Shown here: positions 57,973-64,000 of the stretch, in pieces
Layout of the letters: every line of letters begins with the position of its first letter
Position numbering within the stretch: position 1 is the stretch's first letter
Assembly: GCA_964627015.1 (NCBI GenBank)
Contig: CAZVGY010000002.1
Location: 36,554-100,553 of the forward strand
Source of the DNA: an uncultured Desulfobacteraceae bacterium
Lineage (GTDB): Bacteria; Desulfobacterota; DSM-4660; Desulfatiglandales; Desulfatiglandaceae
Length of the DNA: 64,000 nucleotides
Direction of reading: 5' to 3'
Translations under genes and position numbers: made by a program
Notes under the pieces: model-generated
The model's database searches: none
Seen by the model: only the letters and a program-made list of their open reading frames with translations
What the model was told of the DNA's origin: nothing

Positions 57973-58001
57973 TTGTCGTTTTTGAGGCTGGAAAGTATAA
58001 T
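57973..58001 (+). promoter_or_regulatory. Candidate sigma70 promoter for the downstream MBL gene
   Basis: TTGTCG, a 17-nt spacer, then TATAAT (57996..58001), about 75 nt upstream of ATG 58077. Confidence 0.35.
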
Positions 58002-58076
58002 ATCTGCAACAAGAAGAATAATTAATCGGGTGAGAGGCCAGTAAAATTCAGAAGAATTTAGAAAAGGAAGTATAAA

Positions 58077-59249
58077 ATGATCCGGGTCCTGCATAAGGGT
58101 GACGAATTTGGGAATGACATGATTGTGAAGATAAGGCTTTCTTCCGGCAGGGAAATTTTTGCGTTTGCCACAAGAAACACCTATGGAGGGGATTGGGATC
58201 TGGGACCTACCTGGAATTATCTGGTTTTGTCAGACAGACCCTTCTTAGTGGACACGGGAAGAAGGGGCATGGGGACAATCCTAATCCAGATGATCGAATC
58301 CTTGGGTTTTAAAAGCAAAAATCTAGATTCTGTTTTGTTGAGCCATGGACACGAAGACCATGATGGGGGTGTTTTCGAGATAGTAAAGGAAACAGGAGCC
58401 AAGGTAATGGCCAATGCTATCTACTCTCGTCTTATCCAGACATATCCGGAGCATGCGCCCTCTGGCGAAAAGGAGAGCCTTCCTGCATCGTGCTGGCGTT
58501 GTCTCATGCCGGAGGCTTTTGTTCGGGAAAATTGTTTATCATATCACAAGGAGCGGCAGCGTTTGCATATAGAGGATCTGGAAAGTCCTTTGCATTTCCT
58601 GGAAGATGGGATAAAAGCAATTCATGTGCCCGGGCATTCACCTGATTCCATTGCCCTGTTCATAGATGAAGAGGCACTTTTGGCAGGAGATACCATACTT
58701 CCGGATATTACTCCTCATATTTCCCTGGAGGAATCTTTTCTGCTCACAAAAGATATATTACCCAGTCAATATATTGAAGCTCAGCAACTTTATGGTCTAA
58801 GGTGCTATCTTAAATCGTTGAAAACCCTTAAAGCTCTGGGGAAAATTCTCGAGGATCCTTTTGTGTTGCCTGCACACCGATTATATTATAACAATAGATG
58901 GAACCATGTGCGTGCCGAAGAGCGGATAGATACACTGATTGAGCATCACATACAGCGGTGTTCAGATATCTTGGATATACTGAGTATGGGACCTTCTAAT
59001 CCAGGCCGAATAGCCAGGGAATATTTTGATGCCAAATTGCTCGAGGGGTTCGGGATGAACCTGGCAGTGTCGGAGGTACTCAGCCACTGTGAACTCTTGC
59101 GGGTTAGCAAGGATGTGGTTTTTGGAGAGGAAGGAAAGATTCAGGCGACAGGGGGAATTTATTTTGAATCTGTGATAAGGGGCCTAGAAGGAGATGAGCG
59201 CCTTTTCAGTGATGTGCCCTCTAGCAAAAAAATGAAAAGTCTTAGGTAG
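58077..59249 (+). CDS. MBL-fold metallo-hydrolase with C-terminal helical/winged-helix-like extension (paralogue of 37955..38935)
   Basis: SHGHEDHDGG, HVPGHSPDS, GDTILPDITPHI, and the tail EHHIQRCSDILDILSMGPSNPGRIAREY. Confidence 0.8.
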   Translation: MIRVLHKGDEFGNDMIVKIRLSSGREIFAFATRNTYGGDWDLGPTWNYLVLSDRPFLVDTGRRGMGTILIQMIESLGFKSKNLDSVLLSHGHEDHDGGVFEIVKETGAKVMANAIYSRLIQTYPEHAPSGEKESLPASCWRCLMPEAFVRENCLSYHKERQRLHIEDLESPLHFLEDGIKAIHVPGHSPDSIALFIDEEALLAGDTILPDITPHISLEESFLLTKDILPSQYIEAQQLYGLRCYLKSLKTLKALGKILEDPFVLPAHRLYYNNRWNHVRAEERIDTLIEHHIQRCSDILDILSMGPSNPGRIAREYFDAKLLEGFGMNLAVSEVLSHCELLRVSKDVVFGEEGKIQATGGIYFESVIRGLEGDERLFSDVPSSKKMKSLR

Positions 59250-59341
59250 TTAAGAGAGTTTCCTATCTTTTTCTGGTGCAGTAAATGACAGGATTTTTGC
59301 CATTCAAACACCGTGATAACAATATGTAAAAGGATAGATCA

Positions 59342-59572
59342 ATGACTGATGATTTTGGCTCCAGCAAAGAAATGCAGAGGGATTTTGATATTGTTGAAGA
59401 ACTTGAAAAGACGCTGGATGAAATAGATAAAGCCTTTGAACTGGAAGAAACGGATAATGTGCAGGATAAAATTTCTTATCTCAGGTTTCTTATAAGAGAT
59501 CTTGATGATCTACTTTCAGGAGACTATGAAAAATTGAGAAATAGAAGGTTTGTAATCAAGAGGGCAACTTAG
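59342..59572 (+). CDS. Small acidic hypothetical protein (76 aa)
   Basis: ATG preceded by AAGGA. The sequence is helical and acidic, and I recognise no family. Confidence 0.4.
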   Translation: MTDDFGSSKEMQRDFDIVEELEKTLDEIDKAFELEETDNVQDKISYLRFLIRDLDDLLSGDYEKLRNRRFVIKRAT

Positions 59573-59689
59573 CAGGCTGGTCGCTGTTTTTAAAAAAATC
59601 AGCATGTTCGGTTTAGGCTGGTGCAGCATTATCATCAGTATTTTTACGGCCCCTAATTTTGTTCAAAAGAGTCTGTCTGATCGTCTTTT

Positions 59690-60316
59690 TCAATCTGTAT
59701 GTAATGTTTCATGAATATCTCCAATAATTTTTTTCGAAACTTGTTCAAGCGCCCTGCTCATCGCTTCAGCCAGGGATCTCGGATTTTTCATTCTGCATGG
59801 TACCCTGGAATAATAGGTTTTCTGAAATATGATAAGTTTTGATATGTCCGGTTCGTTTTCCCTCATAAGAATTATGTCGAGCGACAACACCGCCTCCCAT
59901 CGATTTTCAAGATCCCATTCAAGAAATTCATTTAATGAACCTTCCAGCACATAGGACGCAGTAAATGAGCTGTCGTAACCAAGTACACCCTCGAATGCGC
60001 CGGATCGCACAATATCCCTGGTAAGGAAATGTGTTACGAGATCACCGGGATTGGCCCTCCATTTGTGATATATATAGGCGTTTCTCCTGAAAGACAGATC
60101 CCTATAGATTATTTCATCGGTATTATATTCCGGGGCTACACTTAAGGGCTTAACTTTTATGATAACCGGAATAGGTTGGCAGGTTTTTTCCACAGGGGGT
60201 TCGTATTCGAGGGTATAGAATTCGATCTTGTTTCTGGGCTTATTATAGATGCCCGCACATGCCCCGAGCGTTAGAAAAAAAACCAACAGAGTCGGCATAA
60301 TTCTTCTGTAATGCAT
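59690..60316 (-). CDS. ABC-type transport auxiliary lipoprotein (DUF330 / PqiC-YmbA-like)
   Basis: ATG 60316 (AGGAGAA upstream) gives MHYRRIMPTLLVFFLTLGACAG with a lipobox. It lies directly after the MCE gene. The track start at 60385 is over-extended. Confidence 0.65.
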   Translation of the reverse strand: MHYRRIMPTLLVFFLTLGACAGIYNKPRNKIEFYTLEYEPPVEKTCQPIPVIIKVKPLSVAPEYNTDEIIYRDLSFRRNAYIYHKWRANPGDLVTHFLTRDIVRSGAFEGVLGYDSSFTASYVLEGSLNEFLEWDLENRWEAVLSLDIILMRENEPDISKLIIFQKTYYSRVPCRMKNPRSLAEAMSRALEQVSKKIIGDIHETLHTD

Positions 60317-60332
60317 GTCATAATTCTCCTGC

Positions 60333-61349
60333 CTATTTCTTGCCGTTTTCGGATTCCACCTGCCTGGGGGTGGGCGGCGCACCAAATATCAACTGAGAAG
60401 GCTGGTCCGCAAGCAAGTCAGTCAGGCGGTTCAGGTTCCCGCTCGCCTCTTCGAGATTTCTACCAATAACCAAAAGCCTGGTTTTAAGCTGGGAAAAACT
60501 GTAGTCTGTCTTTTTAATCATGAAGGTAGTTTTTTCAACAAGCTGGTTGGTTTTTTTCATTGCTAGGCTAAAGTCTTCAATGGCTGATCTGATCGCCTTG
60601 TCCTTGTCTTCAAGAACTCCTTCTACTTTTGCGGTTGCATTGTCAACTCGGGCCAGACTTTTGTTTGCCTTGTCCATAAGATTATTGAGCTTTTTTCCAG
60701 CGTCCTGGGCGGCTGTTATGATAACATCCCATTTCTCCCGGTTTAGGATATGGCTCAGGTCCTTCAGAGAGGATTGAATACCGGCGGAAATTCCTTTTAT
60801 ATTGGTATCGAGTATGATCCTGTTTATACTATCCAGTGTAGACTTTGTTTTGTCTGAAATTGACCTTAAATCAAGCGATTTGATCTGGGCAAGGACATCG
60901 TCAATACTGCGTATAATCTCACTGATATCAGAGGGTTTTGAGGCCACTACAGGGAATTCAGGGGAGAAGGTGAGGCTGGGGGAATGATCAGCCTCTCCAG
61001 GTTTTTTGTGATCCAGCCCTACGAATTTGCTTCCAGTAATCCCCACAGTTTTCAATTGTGCAACGATATCGCTTTCAAGAGCCAGATCCGATTCTATTTT
61101 TAGCACAACCTGCACCAATTTGGAGTCTGGTGCAACGCTTATGCTTTTTACACGGCCGACATGGACTCCCCTGTATTTTACCGGAGAGTCTATGTCAAGG
61201 CCCTGAACAGACTCGTCGAAATAGGTGGCATAGTACTTCCCCTTTTCCAGGAATCGGGACATTCCAAGCCAGATTGCCGCTACAGTAATTATAGCAATTC
61301 CACTGACCACGAATAATCCTACGGTGAATTTGGTCCTCTGGGAATTCAT
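60333..61349 (-). CDS. MCE/MlaD-family substrate-binding protein with long helical C-terminal extension
   Basis: N-terminal TM (KFTVGLFVVSGIAIITVAAIW), an MCE core (GLDIDSPVKYRGVHVGRVKSI), then about 200 aa of helical repeats. ATG 61349 lies just after the ATPase stop. Confidence 0.8.
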   Translation of the reverse strand: MNSQRTKFTVGLFVVSGIAIITVAAIWLGMSRFLEKGKYYATYFDESVQGLDIDSPVKYRGVHVGRVKSISVAPDSKLVQVVLKIESDLALESDIVAQLKTVGITGSKFVGLDHKKPGEADHSPSLTFSPEFPVVASKPSDISEIIRSIDDVLAQIKSLDLRSISDKTKSTLDSINRIILDTNIKGISAGIQSSLKDLSHILNREKWDVIITAAQDAGKKLNNLMDKANKSLARVDNATAKVEGVLEDKDKAIRSAIEDFSLAMKKTNQLVEKTTFMIKKTDYSFSQLKTRLLVIGRNLEEASGNLNRLTDLLADQPSQLIFGAPPTPRQVESENGKK

Positions 61350-61353
61350 TGTC

Positions 61354-62124
61354 TCAGGTCCTTGCAGATGTGCCTGGCAGGCGGTTAAAAAAACGACTGA
61401 CAAATATATTCTGACTGTGATCTCTCAAGTATACAGGGTCCCCCTCTGCAATGACTCCCCTTGTTTGTTTGTCAAGCATCAGCACTCTGTGAGCCACTTT
61501 AAATATACTTTGAAGTTCGTGTGTCACAATGACCATTGTCGTCCCCAAGCTTTTATTGATATGGATTATAAGTTCATCGATCTCAGCTGAGGTTACAGGA
61601 TCGAGTCCTGCAGAGGGCTCATCAAAAAAAAGTATCCGTGGATTAAGTGCCATGGCCCTTGCAAGCCCTGCTCTTTTTTTCATACCACCGCTCATTTCAG
61701 ATGGAAAATGATTCTCGTAGCCGCCTAGGTTTACCATATTCAACTTCATGGCGACCAGGGTGTCAATAGCAGTTCGGGGCAGATTCGTATATTCAGTTAT
61801 GGGCAAAGCCACATTCTCGGCAATTGTCATGGAACCGAAAAGCGCGGCACTTTGATAGAGAACACCGAATTTTCTTATGACTTTTTGAAATGCAGCTGCA
61901 TCAGATCCTGAGATCTCATATTCGTCTATAATGATTTTTCCTGAAAGAGGCTGAATGAGACCAATCAAACTTTTCAGCAGCGTGCTTTTACCGCATCCGC
62001 TTTCGCCAAGTATCACAAATATCTCCCCTTCGTGAACATCGAATGATACACGGTCAAGGATTACTTCTTCATCATATCCGGCTATCAGGTCCCTAACTTG
62101 AATAATGCCTGGCTTTTTCGTCAA
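61354..62124 (-). CDS. ABC transporter ATP-binding protein, MlaF-like
   Basis: Walker A GESGCGKST, signature MSGGMKKRAGLARAM, Walker B LFFDEPSAGLD. Confidence 0.9.
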   Translation of the reverse strand: MTKKPGIIQVRDLIAGYDEEVILDRVSFDVHEGEIFVILGESGCGKSTLLKSLIGLIQPLSGKIIIDEYEISGSDAAAFQKVIRKFGVLYQSAALFGSMTIAENVALPITEYTNLPRTAIDTLVAMKLNMVNLGGYENHFPSEMSGGMKKRAGLARAMALNPRILFFDEPSAGLDPVTSAEIDELIIHINKSLGTTMVIVTHELQSIFKVAHRVLMLDKQTRGVIAEGDPVYLRDHSQNIFVSRFFNRLPGTSART

Positions 62125-62130
62125 TGGCCT

Positions 62131-63282
62131 TCACCCCCAATACCGAAGAATGACCGCAAAGATCGAATCAGTCACTATTATTAGAAAGATACTGCTGACC
62201 ACGGCTGAGGTAGTAGCCTGGCCTACTGCTGCCGCTCCGCCTCTTACTCGAAATCCTCTGAAACATCCGATCCAGGCGATAAGAAGGGCGAATACGACGC
62301 TTTTGAGAAGACCCCAAAAAATATCAAAAAAAGTCAGTGTTTTTATAGTCTGTGCAATATATGCATTTGCTGTCAAGTCTAGCATCGAAACCCCTACCAA
62401 AAGCCCACCCAAAATAGCAAAAAAATCAGAAAACATTGTCAGGAAGGGAACCATTATTGCAGCGGCTATAATTTTGGGTATCACCAGAAACCTTGTGGGG
62501 TCAAAGCCCATGGTAAACAGCGCGTCGATTTCCTCCGATATTTTCATTGTCCCAATTTCCGCAGCAAAGGAAGAACCCGACCGGCCTGCAACTATTATGG
62601 CGGTCATGATTGGGCCCAACTCACGTACCATTGATAGGCTAACCAGGGAAGCGACATAGATATTGGCGCCAAACTGCTCCAGTTGAAATGAAGACATGAA
62701 CGCCATGATAAGCCCGAGCAGAAAACTTATCAAACCTACAATGGGGAGGGCGTCTACACCTGTCTTCTGCATGTATAAGATGGTGTCTTCTTTTCTTAAT
62801 GATGCGGGGTGAATGAAGACATGGATCAGGGCGAGGTATACCGACCCTACAAAAGAAATCATATATTTCATATCGGAAGCATATTTCATAGTAGCCGCGC
62901 CCAAACGAATAATTATATTGGGGCGGCTTCTTTTTAAAAAAGGGGATTTTTTTTCGAGTGTTTCGAAATCAAATAACCCTAGAATTTCACAAATATTATC
63001 ACTTGCATTTTTTACATAGAATTCGCCTTTTCCGTCCCTCATTATTTTTTTCAATTCAACCAGGACCAATGCGCCGAAATCGTCGAGATATGTCACCTTT
63101 TGAAGGTCGACATTAAGGGAGTGAGGGCGGGCGGTCTTTATACGGCCTCCAAGATCCCTGAGCAGATATGATGTAGTGGAGGCATCTATGCGGCCTTGAA
63201 TACGAAGTGTAACAGACCCATTCTCGCTTTCAGAAATATCATATTGGCAGTTATAGGGTTCTCTTGATGAAGTCATAGGCAA
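62131..63282 (-). CDS. MlaE-family ABC permease with N-terminal STAS domain
   Basis: The N-terminal ~100 aa are STAS-like (VTLRIQGRIDASTTSYLL...VDLQKVTYLDDFGALVLVEL), followed by an MlaE permease core (...ELGPIMTAIIVAGRSGSSFAAEIGTMKISEEIDAL...). Confidence 0.85.
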   Translation of the reverse strand: MPMTSSREPYNCQYDISESENGSVTLRIQGRIDASTTSYLLRDLGGRIKTARPHSLNVDLQKVTYLDDFGALVLVELKKIMRDGKGEFYVKNASDNICEILGLFDFETLEKKSPFLKRSRPNIIIRLGAATMKYASDMKYMISFVGSVYLALIHVFIHPASLRKEDTILYMQKTGVDALPIVGLISFLLGLIMAFMSSFQLEQFGANIYVASLVSLSMVRELGPIMTAIIVAGRSGSSFAAEIGTMKISEEIDALFTMGFDPTRFLVIPKIIAAAIMVPFLTMFSDFFAILGGLLVGVSMLDLTANAYIAQTIKTLTFFDIFWGLLKSVVFALLIAWIGCFRGFRVRGGAAAVGQATTSAVVSSIFLIIVTDSIFAVILRYWG

Positions 63283-63658
63283 TTACTGAAAGGATCTCCA
63301 GGCTTTTTGAGACAATTGCTACAGGGCTAAGGGGAGCTTTTAGACTAAAAGGCAAAAATCTGATAGTGATTCACTCAGCTTTTGAGAAGTTTAGAAGCCT
63401 TTGCTAAAATCCTAGTCAAGGGTAATCTATAGGCTAATAAACCTGTTAAGTCAATGAACTCACTTATTATGGCCCTGGTTTTTTATGAAATGTCAAAATT
63501 TATTAAGGTGGGGGACCGGTTTTTTCCTGTATTAAAAATGGCTTGGGGCGAACTGAAAGGTCAAGTTGTTTAAAATTCGTACAAGGTTGCCTCAATTAAA
63601 ATTTTCACCTTGCAAAAGAAGGTGCTGAACAGTAATCATCTAAAGAACTGAAAAACTA

Positions 63659-64000
63659 GTGCTTCCTAAAGAGGGCCCTTCGTTGCATTATCAGACAATA
63701 AAATTATCTTACCTATTTTGCTTGGTCCTTTTGGTTTTGGCTTTTTCTGGTGCGGGGTGCGGAACCGATGTTGAGGGGAAAAGAAAAATAGATGAGAAAA
63801 TTGAAGCCGGGGAATATGAAGAAGCTGTAAAGCTTGCACATAAATATTTTTCAGCTGATAAACTTCTCCTGTTAACTAACCTGGAGTATATTGCTTACAG
63901 AAGAGAGAAGTCTCTGAAAAGTGCATATAAAAAGAATTTAAGTTTACAGGTTTGTTCCCGGGAAGATAAGGAGACCGGCTTGATCTACGTTGCAGGAAAG
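63659..64000 (+). CDS. 5' part of a hypothetical lipoprotein gene (runs off the window)
   Basis: The frame is open from 63644 to the window end. GTG 63659 and TTG 63683 are both possible starts. Lipobox-like LAFSGAGC. Not in the ORF track because no stop is reached. Confidence 0.35.
   Translation, partial: MLPKEGPSLHYQTIKLSYLFCLVLLVLAFSGAGCGTDVEGKRKIDEKIEAGEYEEAVKLAHKYFSADKLLLLTNLEYIAYRREKSLKSAYKKNLSLQVCSREDKETGLIYVAGK

Noticed and set aside
1-64000. Scan for tRNA, rRNA, CRISPR arrays, transposases, integrases, toxin-antitoxin or known defence-system genes.
   Set aside because: I found none. There are no T-loop GGTTCGAATCC-type tRNA ends outside CDS, no regularly spaced direct repeats, and no ORFs with recombinase, nuclease or defence-type ATPase signatures. 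The window is essentially core chromosome.

Overview
This 64-kb chromosomal segment has the gene content of an anaerobic Desulfobacterota (deltaproteobacterial sulfate-reducer or syntroph-like) genome. That assignment is inferred from gene content only; no database search or GC computation was run. I support about 50 protein genes, mostly housekeeping, and saw no rRNA, tRNA, CRISPR array, transposase or phage genes.

Gene order, left to right:
- End of the dcw cluster (ftsA, ftsZ) plus a B12-type radical SAM gene, then a tandem Usp.
- A minus-strand exporter operon: TolC-like, PAS-fused membrane-fusion protein, MacB-type ATPase, FtsX permease. It ends in an exported DUF1573 protein interrupted by one in-frame TGA.
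- Small lipoprotein, PNPOx-like, CBS and two MBL-fold genes.
- An envelope proteolysis cluster (rhomboid, htpX, htrA).
- hisS-aspS and a PxxKW Cys-rich miniprotein.
- CBS-ACT protein and an OmpR-type two-component pair.
- tlyA-dxs-ispA-xseB-xseA.
- 5S-like and 12S-like carboxyltransferases split by amidase, MBL and SDR genes.
- A tightly packed minus-strand redox cluster: korDABG, giant HdrL-like, MvhD-HdrCB fusion, HdrA-MvhD.
- tmk-holB-PSP1-metG.
- An Mla/MCE-type lipid transporter with a STAS-fused permease.

Main second-look items:
1. The DUF1573 gene appears to be a selenoprotein. Its TGA sits exactly on the first Cys of the family's C-G-C motif, a hairpin follows, and HdrA in the same window is recoded at its known Sec site.
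2. A non-coding element of about 415 nt is present twice at roughly 90 percent identity by eye. It has a diverged short relative, a 3' remnant and an associated repeat of about 100 nt. The two long copies show a compensatory G:C to U:A change in a 9-bp helix. I could not match it to any RNA class I know.
3. The kor-hdrL-hdrCB-hdrA supercluster has no hydrogenase or formate dehydrogenase partner.
4. There are two unusual domain fusions: PAS fused to an MFP adaptor, and a rhomboid fused to a DnaJ-C-like tail.

Several ORF-track starts are over-extended; corrected starts are given in the features.
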